Source: Trichoplax adhaerens (Eukaryota > Animalia > Placozoa). From it: 64,000 nucleotides of DNA. Below, piece by piece: positions 42,301 to 54,370 of the stretch (positions are counted from its first letter, which is position 1; every line of letters begins with the position of its first letter). Under the pieces are notes generated by a model. It was not told the DNA's origin. It made no database searches and saw only the letters and a list, made by a program, of their open reading frames with translations. The position numbers and the translations under genes were made by a program. The stretch covers positions 8,136,735-8,200,734 of the forward strand of contig NW_002060944.1 in NCBI RefSeq assembly GCF_000150275.1, read 5' to 3'.

Positions 42301-43273
42301 CATTACATCATGCCTATATTTATTCTCTTCCTTCTGAGCTAATTCAAAATCAATATGATTGATATTTTCTTCCATCTGCTGTAATTGTTCATCAGTGATA
42401 TCTAAACCCAATTGCTAAGATAAGAAATAATAACAAATACGCATCGATTACAATAATTTTATTTATCATCAATAAGAAAACTCATCCTGTAGATATCGTA
42501 TGTTGGAGATAGAGCAACTTTAATTTCTACTTGAATAATGTTGTTAAATTAGATGAATCATTCTACGCAATACAGGAAATATACTCGTATGAATACTTTT
42601 CTCATTGAAATGATCATCGTATCGAGCTATAGCTGATGACGATGCTTTTATAGATTTATAGTCTATAATCTAGGTTAAGATGGTAACGTTTTGCTATCGA
42701 TTAATAATAATAATTGTGTACAGCAAAGCTGTTTGTTCATCGGGAGAGTAGCGTAGTACTATTCGCTTGCTCATGTACATTGTACAGTACTGTAGAGTGG
42801 AAACTATATTATAAGATTATTATTTTGGTTGATATGCCGTCAATAGAATAGTAGAAGAGTGCATCCAATAGGAAGAATATGCCACCTATAGTCTAGTAAT
42901 CGATGGAATTCAATGTTGAACATCATGTACAACGATGGACTCTTTCTCCAAAAAACATTTCCAGCATCAAGACCTCGCAGATTTGCATGATAGCCTATCG
43001 GTCTTCATTTCGGCATCGTTTACAGAGCTCTTGCTATCAAGAAATCAAGATAGACTGTACTGTATACTAGACCTCGACAATCATACTGTACACCATTTCC
43101 TACTACTGTATTGCTAATGGTAGTCTGAGTCCTACACGAACCTGTTGTGCACGAGCTAAAAACCACCACAACTTGCGCCATTGTGAAAATTTATTTTGAT
43201 CTGAAAAATTTTGCGACATTTCCTCGCTGCTGTAGCGAGTACTTAAAGGTGTTGCATATCTTGCGTGATCCAT
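39390..43273 (-). CDS. ADSL: Adenylosuccinate lyase, multi-exon
   Basis: [14 protein letters not shown]...WRKLW; [11 protein letters not shown]...[15 protein letters not shown]; [16 protein letters not shown]; [15 protein letters not shown]; catalytic signature [16 protein letters not shown]; [13 protein letters not shown]; stop TAA at 39390. Confidence 0.98.
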
Positions 43274-44459
43274 TTGCTCGATACCTTGCCACTGCTGCTC
43301 TTCTTTCGCCAACGCAATAAGCTGATGAGCTAGTTCTGCCTCTTCGGTAGTGTAGGAGTGCAAAGGTGTGAAATTGACAACACGAGTATCCAGTACTGGA
43401 GCACACTAGAAGATATCCTACTGCGAACAGTGCGGTGTTTGCAAATCAACTAGCTAAGCGTTGTAGCCATGATTGACTGCGGGACAGCGGGACTACGGGA
43501 CGGGACTGCCTGATTAACGTCTATGATGGATTACGCTTCGGAGATGAGAGGCATAAGACAAGATGCTTTTACGTTTTGATGACTCAGTGTATCTCTATAA
43601 ACTACTGGTAGAAGAAGGCCTATCTTCTATGAGTACTTCATAGAGGTTAAAAAAAGAGAAATTTCGCATGCTCCAAGCTTTCTCTTTTCTAACTCAATCC
43701 CAACGTTACTACAGTTACTGTAGTGGGCAGATGACTGCATGGCAAGACGCAACCCGCAAGTACAGTATAACAGTTGCAGAACAGCAGTACTCTGTAATAA
43801 ACCTTTTCGATTTTAACTTGATGTTCACAATGATATGGTGAAACATCTTCAAGCATACTGTATCATTGCCAAACATCAAGTTGAAATCGGCAAGGTCTAT
43901 AGTACATTCATGAACTACTAAAATACATCTAGTCGTAGTCCCTAGTTCAGTATACAGTAAGCATCCCAGCGCGGTTGACTAGGATTTGACTTGCTGTCGT
44001 TACTATAGCGCGTAATGACACAAATGATGCGTTTCACGGTAAACTTTAAGGCAAGTTCTTTACGCCCGGCACGGACGGATTACTGCATGCAATAAACTAC
44101 TTTTTGCGTATCCCTACATCACGGACTTTTAAATCAAGAGAATGGTAGTATTTGTTCTATCTATTTACTGTACTATGGTGGTCAATTCATGTTCCATGGA
44201 CCACTAGAAGAAGCATTCTTCTACAGTAGTCCATTTTCTTCCAGTGGTCCGTCACTAGCCCCACTAGGCCGAGAAGTTGTTTACTGTACAGCAGCCAGCT
44301 GCCCACTACGTCACCATGTTTACCACGTGATTGATCCCATTAGCCAATACGAGCCATCTTTGACTGTTCCATTGTTCATTCTCAGGCTTCCCAAAATAGC
44401 TTCAAGCAGTTACGTCACGACGTGGAGCTACACAAAATCCATTTTGCTTTGCTTGTACT

Positions 44460-44600
44460 GTAGTTCATGAGTGTACAGTACAATACCATACAGATTGTAT
44501 GATACTGTGTACTGTATAGTACAGTAGTGATACAGTAGTACAGTACTGTACTACTGTATGCCTACAGTATTGTACCACCGTTATTGTACTGTACACTGTA
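44460..44600. repeat. TACAGTA/TACTGTA-rich tract containing a perfect 30 bp palindrome (44530-44559)
   Basis: ATACAGTAGTACAGTACTGTACTACTGTAT is its own reverse complement. Confidence 0.85.
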
Positions 44601-44788
44601 GGGCAGATTCTAAAAATGAACAAACATGGTTGACGTCCTTCAGGGTTAACAATCAGATAATTACCATGACAATCCCTGGGCGTAGGCATCTCCTCTCCCA
44701 TTTAACTGGCATCCAAACCATTCGGCGTTTTAGTTTCTAATAATTAGTCTACCATTTGCTTGTTACCAATCAACTTGTCCAAAACGGC

Positions 44789-47700
44789 ATGGCAACCCAA
44801 TGTTCAGGTAAATCAATACGTACGTAATATACGAAGATGGATTACGGGCTGACGCCCAATATCCAAAATAGTCCAACGAAAACCAGCGTTTTCTTGTGCA
44901 ATGGCATGTTCATTTTGGGCTGTAGTAAAAATATTCTCACAGGATGAAGTAGATTTTCAATGAAAACAAACTCTTTCCAGCCGATGTTACTTAATCTATT
45001 CAACTAGTTATGAAATGGATCGAAATAATTGATCAAATTTGTGGGTAATGGCTTCTGTACTGGTATAGGTCCTAGACGTATGGACAATATACAAACATAC
45101 CAGACCATCAACGGTCTTGACGACGCACTTACTGTTGTACCTGATGGACGTTCTACAGTACATCACGGCCATAATAGTTATTCCTCATGCTAACTAATTA
45201 CATAAAATCAATCGAGTAATACAAACACCGAAAGTAGTCATGGTAGAATAAATCATTTTGAAAAAACAAGACTTTCTAGACAGGACTACATTTTGCTAAT
45301 AATGAATATATGTACAAAGGACAAACCCTTCTTGACAGGACTACATTTTGGTAATAATTCATGTATGTATAAGGAATAAACCCTTCTTGACAATCGTCAA
45401 ATGGAATGTTGTATTGGCCAAAGCTGTTGTTAAGAGACTTGCATAAATTATAGTAACAAGCGATTAGACTCCATTTTAATAAGATGGACTGTTTGCCTAA
45501 TAAGAAGCACCTATACGTATTATACTCAAATAGCATGTTTACTAATGATAATGATTGTTCTCTTAAATCAAGATGACGACTCGGTTATTATTTCATCCGA
45601 TTCGTGTGACCACGGTATTCAAGTTTTGCCATTATGGCAGAGAACTTTTCAATTACATGAGAGTAATCGTCGACAAAGAATTCAAGAAGATCTAGCCTTG
45701 TTACAAACATTTGAAGTCCAACGTCAAGAAAGGTTTGTATAGATACGATTCGATTCACGTATCCTCATCCAGCCATACATATTGACTTGCATACACCGTG
45801 TATACTATACTATACACCAGCCAGAAATGCTATGGCTCTTCACAGAATTAAATGTTTAGATAATTTATGTGTTAGCTTTCATTAGAAATATTGATTTCCT
45901 TTAATTATTGTTACAATTATAATGAAAGCATAGCGTATTAACGTTTCATTGCTTGTTTAAACTATAGAGAGAAGCAGTCTTACATTCTTCAGAATCAAAT
46001 TGATAAAGAATTAAGGTACGGCTATTGTCTCTAATCTTTCTCATCTTCTTTCCTTCATCTGAAAGCTCTGTAATGTGCAGTATACTAGTCCAAGACATCA
46101 ATTATACGATCTCTTTATAAAATGCTTTAGCAGTTCTTTCCTTATCATCCTAGAACCACGTATTTTCTAATCACCTAACTGTTACTTTATAATTTTTTTC
46201 GCCTTGGACTACCGATAAATTAAAAATATGTCAGATTTCAAAATGCAATTATCGACTCCTCCACACCTACTACACCTACAAAGACGTCAGCAATATCAGA
46301 AGTCCATACTGATATCCAACCTGATGTAAAACTAAGTTACATAGGTTAGTACAAATCAATTATTGACATGGCAGATTTCTCTCATGAAGTAAATCTGCAG
46401 GGCATAGAAACACTGGATCTATTTTATTAAATAAAAAGACTACATTGATTGTAAGTAATATTATCCCATGCTCTTTGCATCCTTTAGAAGAAGTTGAGTT
46501 AGAACCAAGCTATGAGAAGTGCAAGGCCAGCTTACCATATGGTGATAATAATCATGTCAATGAGAATAGTCCTCCTAGCTGTAAGTTGGTATATCACTCA
46601 AAATATTACTTTTGTTTTACTTGTAGACTATTCTTCTATTTCTTATCACCTTCACTTAATACTTTGCAAAGATAAAACTAAAATCTTAAATCAATGTTAC
46701 TTAGAATATATTTATTACTAAAAAACCATAAGGTCAACTAAATGTCAAAATTTATATTTAACTGATCAGATGAAAATGTCGAGAAACACGGTGCTGCTAT
46801 CGTCGTTACTAGTATTGTGGAGTATGTCAGAACAGAAGATGCTCATGTAAGTAAATATTACTTTTTCTAGATGCTTTTTGCATGCCTTATTGCTGACTTA
46901 TCCAATGTCATAACGTCCCAGCTAGAGTTCATTTTAGTAATTAGGCGATATAAATCACAAAAACTTGCACATATGTTTTATCATTTAATTACAAAAATAT
47001 CCTTTTATTGATATCGAAAATTTTGATTTCGCCCTAGTCCTTCGTCTTCTTAAATTTACTCCATTTCTTATAGAAAAAAGTAATTCTATTAAGCTTATAT
47101 GGGATTACCGGGTGTACATTATTCAATAAACTAATTATATATTATTGCTTAGTTATCATCTTAATTGCTTAGCTTCATTATTGAGAGACGCAATGAATAA
47201 TTAGAAAGAATCGTAAACTTTCAAGATAGTCTACGTAAAAATTAAGGAAATGATTTGCATCCGATTAAAATACAATAACCTTTATGGTAAATTTTATTCA
47301 AGCGTAATGCATCTACATGGAATAAACGCTGTAACATATTATTCAACCGCAGGGAATATTACCAAGCAATTTGCCTATCTGTGATTTAAGTGATAAAGAA
47401 AGCGTCAGGTTTGAACTATAGCCAACTTTTAATCGCTAAGTTATCAAAATTAAGAAATGCTATCACAGATTCACTGTCTATTAAGTATGTACACATACTT
47501 TCACAAGATCGTACAGTAAATTCGAATCCTTTTTTAAATTAATCTATTTTAGGTGTTCCTCATGTTGTAAAATGATTACAATTTTTAACGGTACAAGATA
47601 CACTGGATATGCTTGTAAAGATGATGACGGGAAAAAATATCATATGGAATGCTATTGGAAATTAATCTGTTAGTTTTAGATTATGTCTCTATCGTTATAT

Positions 47701-48816
47701 TAAATATTTGTTGCTGCAATAATGTAATCATATAATCAATTTCTAATAACTCTACCTAAAAATTATCTCATTATTATTATGACTTATGATATTTAGCACC
47801 AAAATGCAAGCATTGTCACCTGGAACTAGTTCGTCAGCATGATAAGGTAACCAATTACAACCCGCAATCAAGTTAAAATTAGTGTAGCGAAAAATAGTTA
47901 ATGTAAGGGATTACATTACGATTACCCTCTACTGTAATAGAAATCATATTGGCAACATCAACAGTGATCATTATTTAGATACTGACCTAATACTAGCGAT
48001 TGTGATACAGATTTTATATTACATATTAGCGTAATATATATCTATATGTCTATCATATTACTTCTTGAAGTAACTTCTTCTTTTTTGTAATGACTCTTGT
48101 AAATTTCAGAAATTTAGTGGAATACTGGCAAAATTTAACAACGCCTGGTATCATGTAGAATGCTACGAAGATTACAGCGGTCCTAGGTAAACAACTACCA
48201 GATATACGAGTAGAATAAATTTGCTTACGATTATTTCTATCTAAAAGTTCAGGCACCACTGTAGTTCAATTTATAAAACACCATAATAGACGCACATACG
48301 AGTACTGCTCATGTATCATAAGATCATACATACTTGTAAATATTTATCAACATAGATGATATTGATTAGCTAAGACTATCGTAATCTCATCAAAATTGAG
48401 CTATTTCTTAATACATAACAATTGTAGTATGTTAATTGCAATTGAGAGTCGAATCGTGATTAATATTTTACGATTTTTGTTTGATTTAATGAGAAACGAA
48501 AATAACTTTTTAGTAACAAAGTTAAAATATCATATCTAACCTCTGAAGCTAATAGAAATGATTTTGTTTTATCTATAAAATTGATATCAGATGTCCAGTA
48601 TGCTATGACGTTATTCAGGGTTCTCTAAACCAAGCTGAGGGAATACGATGCATCAAAGATAAAAATCAAGTAATGATTATTTTCATAGAAAGAATAACCA
48701 TTTAACGTAATCGTAGATAAAATTGTAATACTTATTATTGTATTTCATTACAGGTTTATCATTTTAATTGCTATACCAAAAAAGGGAAACGAAATTCTGT
48801 TCAATTACCCATTTGA
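44789..48816 (+). CDS. Novel 315 aa protein with three tandem C-x2-C-x24/25-H-x2-C-Y zinc fingers (half-LIM-like); 12 exons
   Basis: Exons 44789-44807, 45573-45732, 45968-46015, 46235-46344, 46488-46580, 46770-46846, 47353-47408, 47553-47668, 47797-47846, 48110-48186, 48591-48669, 48754-48816. All are GT-AG, all 11 phases are compatible, total 948 nt. C-terminus: CSSC..YHMECYWKLISPKCKHC..WYHVECYEDYSGPRCPVC..VYHFNCYTKK. Confidence 0.85.
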
Positions 48817-50923
48817 TCTCCTATAAAGCAAGATATGTACATAACATCATATTTAGATTTAGCGCATATAAATTGGAGATTGCGTTGATAAATTCAGATT
48901 CATAACATCGAAAAAATTATGCCATACCTTTTCCGGTATATCTATTATTTTGTGTAGATATCTACCTTATTTGTAATTTGCTTGTTCAATATAATATTTA
49001 CTCGATTTGTTTTACGGGTTTACAAGTAAATACGGTTTAAAGAAATTAATATTAAGAATATCTATTTCTTATTGTAAGGTTTCTATAGGACTTTTTACTT
49101 TCGGTGCGCTTACGCCTGTGAATATATTTAAAATTCTGTATAGTGAACATTTTAAGATGGTTCTAATAATAGTTATTGATTTCGAATACAATTTTTATGG
49201 CCGCTCATAAAGGCTTCAATCTCTTGAGTAGTTTTGTATGTATAGTTTGCAAACTCAATGAGGTTTTGTTATTAAAATAGTAACTACATCCTGCTATAAA
49301 AAGATTACACATTTTTCACAAAGAAGATTCAACATTTCGATTTATTATATAATTACGTTGCGATTATAGCTTGGTGCTAGTATTATCTATAGTCGCTAAT
49401 GCCTATGTTTTATTAAAATCATATACTTATCTATAAATATTCCTGACAATGCTGCTAACATATTAGCCCTAAGTTTTCGTTTCCAGAGCAGATATATCAA
49501 TAAAACCACTTACGGCTAAGTAACAATGTTTATTATTCTTGAGTATAAGTATCACTTTGAGGACATGATTATCAACATAATAATAACATATAAAGAAATC
49601 ACACTGACGTAAGCAACCTACGATCCAGTCATCCAGTTTATAAGTACTTAAAAACTGAATAAGAAAGTTTAAATAATGGTTATTGGCTGCTAATTTACCT
49701 CTAAGGTTTTGTGGTTAATAAATAATAGCGATTTTCTTCATTCTTGCATGATTAATATTATGCGCTAATATGATACAAGGTTAGCTTAAAATTATCGCCA
49801 TGGAAGTACAATATAGCCCACAGACAATGGGATATTTAAAATATATTTTCAGGTTATACTTTAAACCCCAGATTTATTAAGAGATCATATCTAGTTGATT
49901 GCTGCTACAATATCAATTTTATAAAGTATAGTCGATAAACTCTCTACAGAGTAGCTATGATATTAAATACATGACCTAACAAGCCCATTGATAATAATTC
50001 AGTTGTATTATAATTAGCAGAATCATATAAAATTACCATCTCAGTAGAAATTATTACGCTAACAGGAACAGCTATAGTAAGCCAGTTGTAAGTATACTGC
50101 CTTTTTAGTAGCGATTAAAAATTAAAGTAGTTAAAGGGCTATTTCGAAACTGGAAACTTTAACTCAAATTATCAAGATGTCGACTGAACATAGGAGTGCA
50201 ACATGCTGTACTGTACTCCCTATCTTAACTTATTAAAAAATTCATAAGGCAATCTGCGATGTCTGTAATCTAATATCTCCAACTATACAAATCCTCTTGT
50301 TATTTGCGGATATATACATTGCACAGTATACTATATATTGATGCTATTCTTGATGATACTGCCTTCAATATATATTCAACGTTTTTCAATATGCATCCAC
50401 TTTTAATAGATCGACTATACATCAGGCCTAATTTATCATATTATCATTATTTATCCGTAAAGTTCAGAGAAATATCAAACATATTAAAAAGATTTATATC
50501 GCAAAAGTATATTCCATTGCCCTATTACAGTTATCAACTAATCTATTCGCAGTTTTTCAACATTGTATGCAATTAATATTAATCAGATCAAACAATATTC
50601 TTACATGTTTCTGTGTTACTTATTACCATTTGTATCTTATAGATTAGACATACTGTATAATGATTTGACTTTTAAGATACGATACAAGGCACTCTAGTAA
50701 AGTTTTACACCAAAGTTCTACTGTATTTACCGTTAAGTCTTACATATTATGCTACGTCTATTTTACATTGGAGTAGGTATAGCCATATAGGCTATTTACT
50801 CCAATACGAGCATACTGTAATTCACATATATAAGTATTACTACTTTACCTTCCATCTATAAGATATGACATAGTCTCATTGCTATGTCTTGCAAGTCTGT
50901 AATCCATTAAGTCAACAACTTAG

Positions 50924-51388
50924 TCAATTGTATAAATCATAAGAATCTGATACAATTTCTATCTGAACAGGATATGCCGTTATGACAGTATCCAACGGAA
51001 CTAGATAATTTATTTGATGATTAATTTCGTAGTTGGACTTATACGAGCATAACTTCTTCTTTTTCGTCTTTAACTTCTTGCAACTGAATGTTGTTAGCGT
51101 AATTATACTAGCAATTGCTAGCATCCCACCTCCAGTTTGTAGAAAGGTAAGATGATACGCAAAATGTGGTGATTGGTTATATTTTACATTATAGAACGGT
51201 AAAATAATAAGCCCAGCAGTAAGAAACATAATACCAACAACGCCTATAACTACGGCGAAGCTGTTAAGAAAAAATCGACGATAGCTGTGGTGATTATTGC
51301 CTGTGATTATTTGATCTCCGACATTACCAAAAAGAACTTCCGGAATAAATTCAGATTCGCTTGTTAGATGGGCTTGCTCCCTTTCCAT
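50924..51388 (-). CDS. Orphan single-exon two-TM membrane protein (154 aa)
   Basis: ATG at 51388 (MEREQAH...). Hydrophobic segments FAVVIGVVGIMFLTAGLIILPFY and FLQTGGGMLAIASIITLTTFSC are followed by the basic cluster KKLKTKKKK. A 465 nt open frame is long for this AT-rich DNA. Confidence 0.65.
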   Translation of the reverse strand: MEREQAHLTSESEFIPEVLFGNVGDQIITGNNHHSYRRFFLNSFAVVIGVVGIMFLTAGLIILPFYNVKYNQSPHFAYHLTFLQTGGGMLAIASIITLTTFSCKKLKTKKKKLCSYKSNYEINHQINYLVPLDTVITAYPVQIEIVSDSYDLYN

Positions 51389-52856
51389 GTCGAGATAAAA
51401 AATATGAATTATTGTTTTTCGTGAATCCTTAAATAACAAATTAATCTAACGATAATTAAAATTTCTACATCATATCGTGAGATAGAATATTCGTGAATAA
51501 TAACGATGTTTAGCGCTTTACGAGTATTAAAACAGATCGATTCGTTGCCTTTAGGATCATTTTAGAATTTTTGTTATGTATAAAGGATGCAAGCCGAAAA
51601 TACTAACTGCCATTACGTTGATCGTGCTATAATAACATTTCGTATATGACTGCTAGAATCTTCTTTGGATAGCAGGGTTTAATATAGCATGCTACAATTA
51701 TCAGTATAAACAAGTTTTTTTGTTGGGAGACATCTGGTGTAGTACTTTCAGACGATCTTATAGCTATTACAAGTATCGCATTGGTTTACTCGTCAGACTG
51801 AAAATAATATAAATTCTGCGGCATGATTGGCCAATGAAAGTGCATAAATTTATACATGATCTAAAGCCCAACAAGAAAAATAAACTTTCATTAACAGAAT
51901 CCTTACCACACGTGGATTAAGTAATCGAAAGTCTACAATAACACATACGTGCAGTCAAGAAATGATGAATTGATGTTAAGAATACCAGCAAGGCCCCTCG
52001 AAAGCTGTAAATAGTATCATCCTAGCTACTTATGTTCAATTCTATTGAAAAGGTATGGCTGGTCTTGAACAAAGATTTATTATATGATAACAAATCTTGA
52101 CTAGAATGGACATTTTCGAATGTAATCTTGTTACCCTACGAGTATTATACTTAAATTTTAAAGACTATGAAGGCGGTCACTTAAAAATATTCCGCACGCA
52201 ACCAATTCATAAAGCAAGATTAAAATCTGATCTTGCAACATGCTAATGCATATGCTGACAAAGTCAGCTTTTAATAGTACCGTAAGGATAACTACATGTA
52301 GTTTTTGAAGGGTAATCCGGTAAAGTAAATCGACTGCCAAGCTAATCACTGTAATTTTTGCGTATATAGTACTGCATATTATTATATGAATCTTCTATTA
52401 CTCCTTTAATTGTAATCTGGGATGAAAAGAATACTGCAATGGAAGGGTAAAATTTGCTCTTTCAAATTGAATACTTATTGTTTACTCTTTTTTTCAATCT
52501 ATTGATCAATTCTCAGTTATCAATTTTACCAATTTTATGCAATGAAACTATTAGAGGACTGTGTCTATGAGCTATTTATAGGATGTATTGATCGTGTTTT
52601 TTATTTGATGATATAGGGATAATCCATTGCACTATATAATTAGTACGGTAGATTCTTAAAGACATTTGAAAGCAATTTGATCATCTACTTTAATAGTTTT
52701 TGACTGCTGTGGCTGTTGATAGTGGGTGTTTTTCCTGATAGGGAGAAATCAGTATCAAGGCTGTTTGCGGCATAATAATCATAATTTAAGTTGATTTCAT
52801 TCTTGTCACTACTCCGTATATTAACATGTTAGCGCATCCAATAATATCGAAATCGA

Positions 52857-53560
52857 AGAAAGACGTCATCAATTCTCTATTAATTAAAAGGCTACAAATT
52901 TCATGCGATGTATTGTATAAGTTATAAATACGTTTTCTATTCCCTGTATCACTGGACTAAGTTAATGACTGGCATATAAAATAGCTTCGTTATTAAAGAA
53001 ATACGTCATAAAATCTTCCGTTCAATAATCTCATTTTCCTTTCCTATCATATAATTATTACAGAAAGACGTCATAAAACCTCTGTTAAAAAAAAGACTGC
53101 AACTTTCACGTGATGCTTCGTAAAGTAAAAGCAAAGTTTGCCCTTTTTCTTTTCGATGCCTCTACGTTGTTTTATGACTGGCGGATAAATGATATCGTAA
53201 GAAAGACGTCATTACACCTTCGTTAGGACTCTGAATTTCTTGTAACACTATACATATACAAACAACGATGATCATTTTTTCCAACATAACTGGTCTGCCA
53301 GAGCGATTGATATATACGTGATATCATAAAATAAAAGACGCCATTAAACCTCTGTTTAAAGGCTTCAAATTCTATATAATGCTTGGTACAAGTGACGATT
53401 ACGTTTTTCTTTTCCTGTCTTATTAGCGATATCCAGTACAGTACGTAGTCCGCTTGAGTAATCGAAATTCACTGGGTATCATAAAATAAAGAAAAACGTC
53501 ACAAAAACTGCTATTGAAGGGCTACAAATTTCATTTGATACATTGTATAAGTAATAATTG
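52857..53560. repeat. Degenerate tandem repeat anchored on AGAAAGACGTCAT
   Basis: Motif variants at 52857, 52997, 53062, 53200, 53332 and 53490. Four are followed by ...ct.tt...aagg/act.caaattt..tg.t..gta.aagt. Confidence 0.75.
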
Positions 53561-54010
53561 CATCTATCTTTTAGATTCAATTGAGAGGATGGGAATTTTT
53601 AATTTAATATGGAAATTTGAAACTTTATTATTAATTATAAATAATGTAATGAACGTGTTCCGCACTGCTTTCAGCAGAAGCAGCGGGTGGGTCGAGCGAA
53701 GTTTATCGTTTCTTTTTTATGCTCACCATGTCCAGGACTAATGATTATTAAATGAAAAGAAGGGAATACGAGTTAAACGCTATGTTGTATAGTTGTGTAA
53801 GATATCCATTTCTCACTTTAAACCTTATGTTAAAATTTTTAAATCCGAAAAAGGGAGCGAGCGGAGTTGATGATCGAGCGGATTATCTCTCATGGTTCTC
53901 CGTAAAAAGAGGATCATCGTTCGGCTCTGATATATACGCAATCAGTTTATAAAAATTGATTTTTTCATATATTCACCGGAACTTTACTACTCGTTATACT
54001 TGACGATAGA

Positions 54011-54370
54011 TGTCGCTCAGCATGTCTACAAAAATAATATACAACAATAATAAAGTAAAAAACTATGATGCGAAACCACGGATAATCATCTTCGTGTTCG
54101 ATACTTTGCCGAAACTGTCCTGTAGTTACGCTTGGCGATACACATCACTCAGCATGTGTCATTATAATATTGTACAGTATATAATCAATCCAAGCACTAG
54201 AATGCAAAGTCCATCGTCTTAATAATATTCGATACTTGAACGAAATTGTCCTGCCGCTGCTTTACCTAACGTACTGTACAATGTGCAATTGTGTACATGC
54301 ATCCATTGCATCGCTCAGCATTAACATGACATGTATAATATGATTAATTCAAGAATTATAATGCAGAGCA
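54011..54370. repeat. Degenerate ~130-165 bp tandem repeat
   Basis: tc(g/a)ctcagcat at 54013, 54145, 54311; ttcgatactt...cgaaa.tgtcctg at 54097 and 54228. Confidence 0.65.

Noticed and set aside
53720-53935. U3 snoRNA
   Set aside because: The 5' GAC box, box A (GGATCATTT) and box C' are absent at the expected distance.
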